From positions 678 through 64,677 of the forward strand of contig CABMJK010000039.1 of the NCBI GenBank assembly GCA_902386535.1: a stretch of 64,000 nt of DNA, in the 5' to 3' direction. The stretch is from Candidatus Burarchaeum australiense (GTDB lineage Archaea; Micrarchaeota; Micrarchaeia; Burarchaeales; Burarchaeaceae). The notes under the pieces were generated by a model. The model saw only the letters and a program-made list of their open reading frames with translations. It did no database searches and was not told the DNA's origin. This document shows, in pieces, positions 1-8,598 of the stretch. Both the position numbers and the translations under genes were made by a program. Position 1 is the first letter of the stretch, and each line of letters starts with the position of its first letter.

Positions 1-2545
1 CGAAAATCGGGTAGGCGCGGTTTATCTGCGGGGCAGTCTTCAGTTGCGAGTAGACATAGAAGTTTCCGGTGGTATCCTTCATGTAGCAGTTGGTGGGCGT
101 GAAGCGCGTGGTGCCGGCCGCATCCGCGTCGTCATAGCCGGCCTGGGGCGCTACAAGGCCCCGTGGATCGGCCACGACTTTCAGGTCCCCGGTCGAAGCG
201 TCCCGCTCGAGCCGCTCATTGCATATCGCGTAGCAGCCGTTTTCCGTGTCCTTGGCGAGGCTGGCGGGCGTGCCGCTGCAGACGTAATTCGGGTCAAAGG
301 CCGCCGTGTCCGGGAAAGGCATGCAGTCGGATGCGCACTTGAACCCGCTGGTGCCGGGCTTCATGGGCAGCTGGTTGGCGGAACTCACGCACTCCAGACC
401 AGTGCCACCCGTGGCTGCGGGGCCGCCGCACACGCGTGCAGTGTCATCGCAGGTTTCCCAGAATGAGCAGGGCGCGCACGTGCAGGCCTTGGGCTCGGAG
501 CGCATGAAGAAGCGGCTCTTGTCGGCAGTGTAATAGTTGCCGCAGAACTTGAAGAAATTGTAGTCGCGTGTCGCGCCTCCCGAGAAGTCGAGCATGTCGT
601 CCGGCTTTAGCAGCGTGTCGATTGTCGCATAGGGAGGCGTGGCGCCCGAGACAGAAGGCACTATCATGCCTATGTAGCCCGCGTTTGCCAGTGCCTCGAA
701 AATCCTCGTGTCCGGCGGCAGGCCCGTGAACGCGGGGTTGGCAAGGCCGGCATAGGCGCAGTCCGGGTTTGGAAGGTAGGCGTAGAGAAGCCAGCCGATG
801 GATTTTTTGCCGGCATATAGGGGGTTTGACTGCACGGCTTTGGCGCGCGCAACGGAATCGGTTATGGCCTGCGTGACTTCAGCCGTGCTTGGGCAAGTGG
901 ATGCGGTGCCGAGCGTCACCTCTCGCACCAGCATGTCGATGTCCGCCAAGTAGGCTTGCGGTATCGGCTGGGAGCTGCCGTCATCCTCGACCGCCACGAG
1001 GCAGGACTGCTTGAAAATCGTGACCATGGTGCCCGTACCATCGTCAATCTGGTCCTGAATCGGCTTGCAGCCGCCGTAGGCCGGATTCGCGTTCTTTATT
1101 TGTGTCGAGTATTGGTAACTAAACTTGTCCAGGACAAAAATCACTGGATAGATTGGGCCGTCGCTGGTTGAGGCGCTCTTGGAAACGGCGTTGGCCACAT
1201 CCTGCAGGTAGGGGTCGAACGACCATCCCTGCACGTTCAGCACGGGCAGGATGTTCATGTCGAGCAGTGTGCGGTAGTTGGGCGCGTTCATCATGTCCGA
1301 CATTTCGAAAGGCGCCAGGTCCATCGTGGGCAGGCAGCTTTCGCACAGACCGTATTCGTCGAGCTCGAGCTTGCCTTCCTTGTTGACCGCGCAGTCGCCG
1401 GTTTTTCCGGGGTTGACCTCCCACTCGACGCAGTAGCGAGTGGTGCCGACATCCTGGTAGGCCTTGCAGGTTGCTTCTACGGGATTTGCCGGCGCGGAGC
1501 ACTTGGCATAAACGGGCAGGTCCGAGGGGTTTGCATAATCGCTCAGGAGGAGCGCGTTCGGATGCGCCGTAAGGTCTGCCCACACCCTGTTCGCAGCGGG
1601 CGAGTGGCACCATTCGGGCATGCTTGGGATGATGGTGGAACTCGGAGGCGGCGTTTCGTCGGGGTCGGACCACGTGAGGCCATAGGTGTCGAAGAAAAGG
1701 TCGCCATCCGGGTCATAGGATCTCACGGTGCGGCACTGGCAGTCAGTCTCGTCAACCGGGAAGCCGTTGCTGTCGATTTCCGCATAGTTCAGCCCGTTTC
1801 CATTCATGTCCTTCCTGCACGCGCTCTGATATGCGCGGCCCTTGTTGCAGTTGCCCGAGGCGCAGAAGAGGGAGTTGGGAGCCTTCTCTGAACCCGGCAC
1901 GAGCGAGGAGGAAAGGGTCTTGGAGCCGGTGAAGAGGCAGAGGTAATCGGATGGCTGGATGCCGGGCGCAAGATTGAGGAATATGTTCCTGTATTGGTCG
2001 ATTGTGGGCTGATTGCCATTCGTGAGCACGTTTTCCTCCAGGAGCTTTTTGCTTGCAAGCCAGCCGTCGCCTCCGCCGAACGAGCGGTAAACGTTCTGCC
2101 ACCGGTCCGTCGTGCCCGGGGAGGCGAAGGCGCAGTATTTGTCGCTCATCGGGCAGTATTTCATAGCGTCCACGAAGCCGCCGCTATCCCAACTTTTCAC
2201 CCCTACGCCGAGCATGAACGGCTTCTGGAACTGGTTCTGATTATCGTTCAGCTGCTTGCTGAGCGCCGCGCCGCAGGGCTGGAACCAGCACCGCCCGCCC
2301 CTGAGGCCAGAACCTGTTTCGGAAAGGAAAGTCGGGCTCATGCCGCCTGGCGCAATCGTATCCGCCGGGTCCTGGCTCGCCCGCTCGCACACCAGGCACG
2401 AGCATCCTTCGCAGCCGTTTGGCGTGACTGTCGGTTGAACCGCGGTGGTCGAAAGATAATCGGGCTTCACTAGGCAGCCCGAAAGCAGGAGCGCGAGCGT
2501 CAGCGCAAGCACGGCAAATGCAAGATACTCGAATTGCTTTTTAAT
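1..2545 (-). CDS. Large secreted Cys-rich lipoprotein, C-terminus beyond left window edge (>848 aa); last gene of the membrane-paralog operon
   Basis: The minus frame with codon first bases at 2545, 2542 and so on has no stop between 2545 and 1. That is why it is absent from the M-to-stop ORF track; the other two minus frames are broken into the short listed ORFs. I hand-translated several stretches. The N-terminus reads (I)KKQFEYLAFAVLALTLALLLSGC, a charged n-region, hydrophobic core and lipobox L-S-G-C. The body is rich in Cys, Asn, Pro, Tyr and Trp. The start codon is unresolved (ATT 2545, GTG 2512, or ATG 2553/2550 if the A5 run 2538-2542 is really A6). Confidence 0.6.
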   Translation of the reverse strand, partial: MKKQFEYLAFAVLALTLALLLSGCLVKPDYLSTTAVQPTVTPNGCEGCSCLVCERASQDPADTIAPGGMSPTFLSETGSGLRGGRCWFQPCGAALSKQLNDNQNQFQKPFMLGVGVKSWDSGGFVDAMKYCPMSDKYCAFASPGTTDRWQNVYRSFGGGDGWLASKKLLEENVLTNGNQPTIDQYRNIFLNLAPGIQPSDYLCLFTGSKTLSSSLVPGSEKAPNSLFCASGNCNKGRAYQSACRKDMNGNGLNYAEIDSNGFPVDETDCQCRTVRSYDPDGDLFFDTYGLTWSDPDETPPPSSTIIPSMPEWCHSPAANRVWADLTAHPNALLLSDYANPSDLPVYAKCSAPANPVEATCKAYQDVGTTRYCVEWEVNPGKTGDCAVNKEGKLELDEYGLCESCLPTMDLAPFEMSDMMNAPNYRTLLDMNILPVLNVQGWSFDPYLQDVANAVSKSASTSDGPIYPVIFVLDKFSYQYSTQIKNANPAYGGCKPIQDQIDDGTGTMVTIFKQSCLVAVEDDGSSQPIPQAYLADIDMLVREVTLGTASTCPSTAEVTQAITDSVARAKAVQSNPLYAGKKSIGWLLYAYLPNPDCAYAGLANPAFTGLPPDTRIFEALANAGYIGMIVPSVSGATPPYATIDTLLKPDDMLDFSGGATRDYNFFKFCGNYYTADKSRFFMRSEPKACTCAPCSFWETCDDTARVCGGPAATGGTGLECVSSANQLPMKPGTSGFKCASDCMPFPDTAAFDPNYVCSGTPASLAKDTENGCYAICNERLERDASTGDLKVVADPRGLVAPQAGYDDADAAGTTRFTPTNCYMKDTTGNFYVYSQLKTAPQINRAYPIF

Positions 2546-2554
2546 CCCATCATC

Positions 2555-3565
2555 TCACAAAATTTTCGACAGGCCTTGCATCACTTCCTGGCTTTCAGCG
2601 CCGAATATCGGCGAGAAGGCCCTTATGAATAACACGGTGGCTGCCAGCGCAATAAGGGGCGTGAGTATTATTTCAAGTATGAGGGTGGCCAGGGTGGCGC
2701 TGATTGTTTGCACCGTGAGCTTGGCCTGCGCGGCCACGGCCAAATCGCCCGCGTAGGTCTGCATGGTGCCCCCCAGGTCGGCATAGACGCACTTGTTCGG
2801 GTCGAGGTCGGCGAACGACGTGTCAGACCTGGCAAGCTGCTGGCTCAGGAGCACGTCGGTCAGCAGGAAGATTATCGGAAAGACGAAGTAGAAGCCCAGG
2901 ACCAGCGCAATTAGCAGGCCTCCGGCGCCCCGCGTGAACGGGATTGCGCGCAGCACTATGCCGATTGGCAGGAAGAGGGGAATGAACCACGTGTCGATGT
3001 AATTAACGAGCAGCAGCGCGGTGTTCAGGCCAACACGGTATTGCACCAGCTTGTAGGCAAGCGCATGCAGGCTCTCGGTGAGCGGGTGGAGGCTCCAGCC
3101 GCACTGCACCTCGGTGCCGAAGAAGATGAAGCAGGTCCACTCGGCGCGCTCGACGCGCAGGTCCATTTTCACCACGTCCGCATAGAGCTTGTCTAGCTGC
3201 TGGTCGATGATGTCGAACCTGTCGTGCACGTACTCGAGCGGGTTGCTTGCAGGCGCGGGCGATATGGTTATGCCCCAGCCGGACGGGGCCGTGACTGCAG
3301 GCACCGTGAGCTGGGTGAAGACCGATGCGATGAAACTGGCAAGCGCAATGAGGCCGAGAATCATTATTGCCGAGGCAAATGTCTGCATGAGCTCGCCCAC
3401 GAGCCAGCGCCGCATGCGCTCGTTCCGCAGGGCCACGGCGACCATGTAGAGCAGGGCCAGCACGAAGATTATGATGAGGATTACCAGGATCGAGACTTGG
3501 AGTCCTGAGGCGCCTATCCCCTGCAGGGGGTTTTCCCAGACGTTTGCAAGCGTGGGCGGGGCCAT
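2555..3565 (-). CDS. Polytopic membrane protein, paralog P1 of the LRxIxFTRxxGG family (336 aa)
   Basis: ORF-track translation shows several hydrophobic segments. Motif B is GIVLRAIPFTRGAGGLLIALVLGFYFVFP; the C-terminal tail is FGAESQEVMQGLSKIL. It lies 2 nt downstream of the P2 stop. Confidence 0.75.
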   Translation of the reverse strand: MAPPTLANVWENPLQGIGASGLQVSILVILIIIFVLALLYMVAVALRNERMRRWLVGELMQTFASAIMILGLIALASFIASVFTQLTVPAVTAPSGWGITISPAPASNPLEYVHDRFDIIDQQLDKLYADVVKMDLRVERAEWTCFIFFGTEVQCGWSLHPLTESLHALAYKLVQYRVGLNTALLLVNYIDTWFIPLFLPIGIVLRAIPFTRGAGGLLIALVLGFYFVFPIIFLLTDVLLSQQLARSDTSFADLDPNKCVYADLGGTMQTYAGDLAVAAQAKLTVQTISATLATLILEIILTPLIALAATVLFIRAFSPIFGAESQEVMQGLSKIL

Positions 3566-3567
3566 AG

Positions 3568-4530
3568 TTACACCAACTGCGACAGGCGCATAAGGTCAAG
3601 CTCGCTGCCGAAAAGGCCTGCGAGCTCTCTGCCGAATGCGGCCAGCAATATGAAGTCAAGCGCGGGCAGGAAGACGGTCACGAAGCCCGCAGTTGCCGCC
3701 ATGAGCGCCATGGGCCCTATGCAGGCACCTTCGCCCGTGGCCAGACATTTGGGAGGCAGCGTAAGCGGCGCGTTGACGAGGGGCCCGTAGGCTATGAGCG
3801 CGTTGAGGAAGAGGAGCAGGGGCAGGCCCAGGTAGAGCACCAGGGCAAGGGCCATGAGCGCGCCGCCAAAGCCCCGCATGTAGGGAATGGAGCGGAAGAT
3901 GGCTCCGAGCGGGAAGAGCAGCAGGAGCGCACCGCTTGACGCGTACTGGAGCATGAAAAGCAGGGAGGAAATCGAGAGCATTGCGACCATCAGCGAGTTG
4001 AGTATGAAATAGCCTGCGCCCATTTTGGAGTAATAACCTGTGCCGGGGTCGATGCTCCAGCCTTGCGGGAGTATGAGGCAGATGCTGGTCAGGCACGAGA
4101 ACTTGCTCACCGATGCCTGCACCTCCCAGTGCTGGAGGACCGTTTGCACGGGCAGATAGTAATTGGCATAGGTGAGATGCTGCAAATCCGCGAGGTAGGT
4201 GGTGCTTGCCTGGAAGAAATCTCCGGCACCCGTGAAACCCGGCGGCAGCATGGGCGCAGGGCCCAGCGCAGGATGGAGGTAATAGTAGAAGAACGAGAGG
4301 TCGACGGCGCAGGCAATTCCTATGATGAAGGCAGCTCCGGCGACGAACATGACCGTTGCCGCGGCCTCGTAGATTTCGATTTTGGCCCAGGCCGTGATGG
4401 TGGGGACGCGGAAGAGCTTGCCCAGCATGTAGAGCAGCGAGACCGTGAGTATGGCGAGGAATGCGCTAAGCCCGATTATCGCAGACCAGGTTGCAAGGCC
4501 GGTGAGGCCTATCGTGCACGACGCCATCAT
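3568..4530 (-). CDS. Polytopic membrane protein, paralog P2 (320 aa)
   Basis: The track ORF 3568..5631 is trimmed to ATG-ATG at 4530/4527 (MMASCTIGL...). Its upstream 367 aa are Arg/Pro/His-rich off-frame sequence overlapping P3. Motif A is SLLYMLGKLFRVPTITAWAKIEIYE, motif B GAIFRSIPYMRGFGGALMALALVLYLGLP, tail FGSELDLMRLSQLV. It overlaps the P3 stop by 4 nt (ATGA). Confidence 0.75.
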   Translation of the reverse strand: MMASCTIGLTGLATWSAIIGLSAFLAILTVSLLYMLGKLFRVPTITAWAKIEIYEAAATVMFVAGAAFIIGIACAVDLSFFYYYLHPALGPAPMLPPGFTGAGDFFQASTTYLADLQHLTYANYYLPVQTVLQHWEVQASVSKFSCLTSICLILPQGWSIDPGTGYYSKMGAGYFILNSLMVAMLSISSLLFMLQYASSGALLLLFPLGAIFRSIPYMRGFGGALMALALVLYLGLPLLLFLNALIAYGPLVNAPLTLPPKCLATGEGACIGPMALMAATAGFVTVFLPALDFILLAAFGRELAGLFGSELDLMRLSQLV

Positions 4531-5273
4531 ACCACTCTCGCGAGTTGCGACACCTCTATCTCGCTTCCAAGGAACGAAGCGAACCATCTTATGAACGTGA
4601 GCGTCACCAGCAGGTTCATCACCGGCAGGAGTATGGAAACTATTATCACCCAGTATGCCATGGGCTCGATGAACTGGTGCCGGTTGGTGAGCATATTGCG
4701 GTATGCGACGTCGCCGCTGCACACGCCGTTGAAGGAGGTGGGGGCTGGTGGAATCGAGATGGTGGCATAGGGCGGCAGGACGGGCGGGTTTGGCGGTTTG
4801 AGGGTGGGAACGAAAATCATTTTGGCCACCATGGAGTAGTCTGCCATCACCATCAGGGGATAGACGATGTAGAGCCCTATGGCCACGGCCATCATTGCCC
4901 CGCCCACGGCGCGCGTGAACTTGATGGTCCTCAGCAGCACCCCGACCGGGAAGAGAAGCACGAAAATCTGCTTTGCTGCCTCGAGCAGCAGCCACTGCGC
5001 CTGCATGGCTATCGTGGCCGATGAGAGGGCCGTAAGCGCAACTCCGAGCGTGCCCTGCGTGGCGCCCAGGTATTTGCACGATGCTATGGAAAAGCCAGCC
5101 GTGCTTCCGAGTATCTGGCAGTAGGTGATTGTCGAGCTCACGGCGCCCACGCCAATCGCCGTTTCCTCCATCCTGCCCGTAAACACCGAGAGGTTGTAGG
5201 CAATCTCGTTCGTGTAGGCCTCGGCAAAGTAGAAGGAATCTATCGAGCCCGTGGTCAGCAGGTTGGTGCGCAC
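4527..5273 (-). CDS. Paralog P3, C-terminal part (248 aa from GTG); same frame as 5304..5738, separated only by a TAA
   Basis: Carries motif B (GVLLRTIKFTRAVGGAMMAVAIGLYIVYP) and tail LGSEIEVSQLARVV but lacks the family N-terminal TM and motif A. These are supplied by the upstream 144-aa ORF in the same reading frame. Confidence 0.6.
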   Translation of the reverse strand: MRTNLLTTGSIDSFYFAEAYTNEIAYNLSVFTGRMEETAIGVGAVSSTITYCQILGSTAGFSIASCKYLGATQGTLGVALTALSSATIAMQAQWLLLEAAKQIFVLLFPVGVLLRTIKFTRAVGGAMMAVAIGLYIVYPLMVMADYSMVAKMIFVPTLKPPNPPVLPPYATISIPPAPTSFNGVCSGDVAYRNMLTNRHQFIEPMAYWVIIVSILLPVMNLLVTLTFIRWFASFLGSEIEVSQLARVV

Positions 5274-5303
5274 TGTGGCAAGGTTGGGCAGGGCCGGGTT
5301 GAC

Positions 5304-5738
5304 TTAAGAGACTGCAGGCAGGTCGTCCGGGGCGAACTTGAAGGTCGAGGCCAGGCCTGGCAGCAGGTAGTTGTGGGCAGTCCACAGGAAGGATGCGAGC
5401 AGGAAGACGAAGACGAAGGAGATTATGGCCTGCACGAATTCGTCCCTCAGCATCACCTGCAGGTAGGGCATTTCCATCGAGGTTGCGATGATGTAGAGCA
5501 GGGCCATCACGAAGATCAGGATTAGGACCAGGAGGACCGATATGGCCTCCCAGCTGTTCCAGTCGTCGGGCACGCAGGCGCACTCGTTGCTGGCCGGCTG
5601 CCTCATACCGAACGGGCACGAGCCTATGCAATTGCCCGAAGCGTCTTTCTGGGCGAGGCCGAGGCAGCCGCTGAGAAGCAGGAGCGAGGCTGCCAAAAAT
5701 GCAAGCAAGCCGAATGCCCAGAGTTTTCCGATTTTCAT
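5304..5738 (-). CDS. Paralog P3, N-terminal part (144 aa): lipobox signal peptide, small Cys-rich segment, motif A
   Basis: MKIGKLWAFGLLAFLAASLLLLSGC is a signal peptide with lipobox. VMALLYIIATSMEMPYLQVMLRDEFVQ aligns with motif A of the other paralogs. The ORF ends at TAA 5304-5306, in frame with 4527..5273. Confidence 0.6.
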   Translation of the reverse strand: MKIGKLWAFGLLAFLAASLLLLSGCLGLAQKDASGNCIGSCPFGMRQPASNECACVPDDWNSWEAISVLLVLILIFVMALLYIIATSMEMPYLQVMLRDEFVQAIISFVFVFLLASFLWTAHNYLLPGLASTFKFAPDDLPAVS

Positions 5739-5775
5739 CTCATATCATCCTCGTGTCTCGCATCAGCCTCGCGCA

Positions 5776-7605
5776 TCATATCAGCCTCATCAGTCCCTCA
5801 ATCTCGATGTCCCCGCCCAGAAGGGGCGAGAAGACCTTGATGAACGTTATCGTTATTATGAAGTTGAAGATCGGCAGGATGAGGCCCGCGACTATCAGCT
5901 GGGCCAGCCCAATTACATCTCCCGTCACGACATAGTTGTTGGAGTCCAGGGCCGGCACCGCGCCCGATGTAAGGGAAGTCTGGTCAGTGCACTTTTTCTG
6001 CACTTCCGGGTCCGGGAGAATCGTGAGGCGCGCAGCATCGGCCGCACTGGTAACGAGGTCGCCCGCAGCCGCGTCATAGCCCGCGCACAGCTTGCAGGCC
6101 TCGGCCACGGACGGGTCCTCCCAGCACGCATTCGGAAGGCCGGGCAGCACCTCGTCGAAATAGTTCGGGTAGCTGGGCGGGCTTATGCCGGCTTTCCTGT
6201 AAGTTATGCGGCAGTCGGCGTTGGCGTTCGAGGGGCAGGTCGAGCACTCGGTTTTGTACGGATCCAAAAGCGGGTTCGAAACCACGTAATCGTTGCACGA
6301 GGCTATGAAAAGATTATTGAGTTGGGCATAGTCCCTGGCCTGCGCCCGGTACTTCGCCGAATCGGCGTCCCCTCCGTTTGCTTTCGCGAAAGCATTGCAG
6401 CCCGCGTCCATCGAGCACGGGAACGCGATGTCCAGGAAGGTGGCGGCGCAGCTGCGGTAGCACAAATCATAACTCGGATAGAGGGCCTTGGGAGGCGTGG
6501 TCGCATCCTTGCAATAGCCTTCGCACGCGTCATTGCACGCGGTTTGCGCGAAAGGCGGCGCGGCAGGATTTGGAGCCGTGCACGCTGCGGCGCACTTCTG
6601 GCCCACGCCCACGGGCACCTCGACGTAGAGGTCATTGCGCGGGCAGCAAGTGGCGAGGTCTATCTTGGAATTCGGGTCTATCAGCGGATCGCCATAATCT
6701 TCGCAGTATTGGATGCCGATTCCTGTGGGCTCGTTGTATTTCACGTTCAGTGAGATGGGGAAGGAGTATTGGAAGAGAAGGTAGGTCAGAGGATAGACCG
6801 TGAAGAGGGCGATGGCAATCGCAATCAGGAGCCCGCCCAGCTTGCGCGTGAAGAAGATGGCGCGCAGCACGACTCCGGCTATCAGCAGGAGCGGTATCAG
6901 GCTCGCCTGCAGGTATTGCAGGAAGAGCTGCTGCGCATTCAGCGAGGCGGCCAGCCGCATGGCCTCGTCCGCTATCTGCATGTCCCGGTCGCTGAAGATG
7001 TCCACGCCGGCGGCATAGCGCATCGAGAAGCCGGAGAAGAATGCGGGAAGCAGGTCAACTGCCACGAGGCTGAACTTGCCGGTGGATTTGCCTATCATCT
7101 TGACCGCGTGGATGGTGGAATCGTGCGTGAGCTTCAAGCTGATGTCGCGCAAGTCGGAAAGGTAGGTCTCGGCCATCAGGAATTGCTGCTCGCCGCTCGT
7201 GCAGGGGAGAGTGGGGGCGAGGGGGTTCGAGAGGTTGACCAGCGAGCACGAAAGCTGGCTGAGGGTTGAAAAGAGAAGGATGAGCATGAAGATTATGAGC
7301 ATGGACATGCCGGCCTGGAAGAACTCGGTGACGGCCCAGGCGTGCAGCTCCTTGCTCTGCGAGAACTCGGCCAGCAGGTAGACCAGCGAGATTATGAGTA
7401 TTGTCACGAACACTATGAGCAGCGAAGTGGTGCCCCAGTTATCCTGCAGCCACGAGGTGGTGACCTGGTTTTCGGAAGGCCCTGGCGCGTTGACGGGAAG
7501 GCCCGCGCACCCGGAGAGGGCCAGCACTAGGAAGATGAAGAGGAGCACGAGCGCAGTCGCCGCAAACGATGCACGGGCTCTCGGGGCCCTGTTTTCATTC
7601 TGCAT
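5776..7605 (-). CDS. Paralog P4 (609 aa) with lipobox signal peptide and an about 270-aa Cys-rich ectodomain insertion
   Basis: LVLALSGC is a lipobox. Motif A is SLVYLLAEFSQSKELHAWAVTEFFQ, motif B GVVLRAIFFTRKLGGLLIAIAIALFTVYP, tail LGGDIEIEGLMRLI. About 20 Cys lie between aa 285 and 560 (nt 5926-6753). Confidence 0.8.
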   Translation of the reverse strand: MQNENRAPRARASFAATALVLLFIFLVLALSGCAGLPVNAPGPSENQVTTSWLQDNWGTTSLLIVFVTILIISLVYLLAEFSQSKELHAWAVTEFFQAGMSMLIIFMLILLFSTLSQLSCSLVNLSNPLAPTLPCTSGEQQFLMAETYLSDLRDISLKLTHDSTIHAVKMIGKSTGKFSLVAVDLLPAFFSGFSMRYAAGVDIFSDRDMQIADEAMRLAASLNAQQLFLQYLQASLIPLLLIAGVVLRAIFFTRKLGGLLIAIAIALFTVYPLTYLLFQYSFPISLNVKYNEPTGIGIQYCEDYGDPLIDPNSKIDLATCCPRNDLYVEVPVGVGQKCAAACTAPNPAAPPFAQTACNDACEGYCKDATTPPKALYPSYDLCYRSCAATFLDIAFPCSMDAGCNAFAKANGGDADSAKYRAQARDYAQLNNLFIASCNDYVVSNPLLDPYKTECSTCPSNANADCRITYRKAGISPPSYPNYFDEVLPGLPNACWEDPSVAEACKLCAGYDAAAGDLVTSAADAARLTILPDPEVQKKCTDQTSLTSGAVPALDSNNYVVTGDVIGLAQLIVAGLILPIFNFIITITFIKVFSPLLGGDIEIEGLMRLI

Positions 7606-8557
7606 TGGGCATCTCCACCTCGAAGCCCCTGGACAGGAGCTTTGAGAAAGCCATTATGAAACTAACGGTTATCACGATTGCCAGGTTGGGCAGGAAAACC
7701 GCCTGCGGGATGAGGGAGGCGGCCTGGGCCAGCGGCAGGTTCGGGTCGCTTGCCACGTCCTTCGAGATGATGCCCGCCAGGTCCGGCGGCGTGGATGTGC
7801 GGTCGATTGAAGACATGTCCACGCCGGGCGCGAGCGGCGGGTTGCCGTTGACGATCACGATGTTCATCACGTAGGTGAGCGGCAGGACCAGCACCAGGCC
7901 CAGCGAGAGCGCTATCAGATAATCGGCCATCGTCCTCGTCTGCGGGAATATGCGGAGCAGGAAGGCAGCGGGCAGGAAAAACGGTATGATGACCATCTCG
8001 ATGGCGCCCAGCAGGGCCTTCTGCGCGGTGAGGCTTGCAATCAGCGGCATGAGCATGTTCATCAGCGCGTCCTGCGCGTTCGCCAGCGTCTTCTTTCCCG
8101 CGCTCTTGGCAGAACCTTCGGCGCCGGTGATGGGATTTGAGTTGAACTGGAAGTCGAGCGAGTCCAGCTGGTTCTGTATGCTGGCGCCTATCAGCGAGTT
8201 CACGAGCGGGTAGCCCTGGCCGTAGGCAAGGTTGTTCAGGTAATTGGTGGATGCGGTGAACATGTTGGCGCCCACGAGCGCCTGCGAGGCGGACGAGCCG
8301 GCAATCAGCATAAGATTCACGCCGAGTATGAGGCCCAGGGAGACCATGACCTGGAAGCCCGAGTTCTTGGCCCACGTTTCCCACTGCGGCCTGTGGAACG
8401 CCTGCGAGGCCATGTAGGCTAGAGCTATTATGAATATGGAAATCATCAGCAGGATGGCGATTGCCGATGCTTCCGCGTCGATGCTCACCAGGAAGTTGTC
8501 CGCGCTCGCTAGGCCGGCGAAAAGCAGGACAATGAAGGCCGCGATTGCAAATTTCAT
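7595..8557 (-). CDS. Paralog P5 (320 aa), most divergent member, Sec-type signal peptide
   Basis: MKFAIAAFIVLLFAGLASA is the signal peptide. Motif A is IALAYMASQAFHRPQWETWAKNS and motif B is the divergent AFLLRIFPQTRTMADYLIALSLGLVLVLP. It overlaps the P4 start by 11 nt. Confidence 0.7.
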   Translation of the reverse strand: MKFAIAAFIVLLFAGLASADNFLVSIDAEASAIAILLMISIFIIALAYMASQAFHRPQWETWAKNSGFQVMVSLGLILGVNLMLIAGSSASQALVGANMFTASTNYLNNLAYGQGYPLVNSLIGASIQNQLDSLDFQFNSNPITGAEGSAKSAGKKTLANAQDALMNMLMPLIASLTAQKALLGAIEMVIIPFFLPAAFLLRIFPQTRTMADYLIALSLGLVLVLPLTYVMNIVIVNGNPPLAPGVDMSSIDRTSTPPDLAGIISKDVASDPNLPLAQAASLIPQAVFLPNLAIVITVSFIMAFSKLLSRGFEVEMPNAE

Positions 8558-8598
8558 TTTTTACCACTCAGTTTTTGTCACTCATTCACGTTTACCAC

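Noticed and set aside
4531-5631. N-terminal 367 aa of the 687-aa track ORF 3568..5631
   Set aside because: This part is Arg/Pro/His/Gly-rich and overlaps paralog P3 and its N-terminal half in another frame. The membrane-protein-like sequence begins only at ATG-ATG 4530/4527, which overlaps the P3 stop as ATGA.
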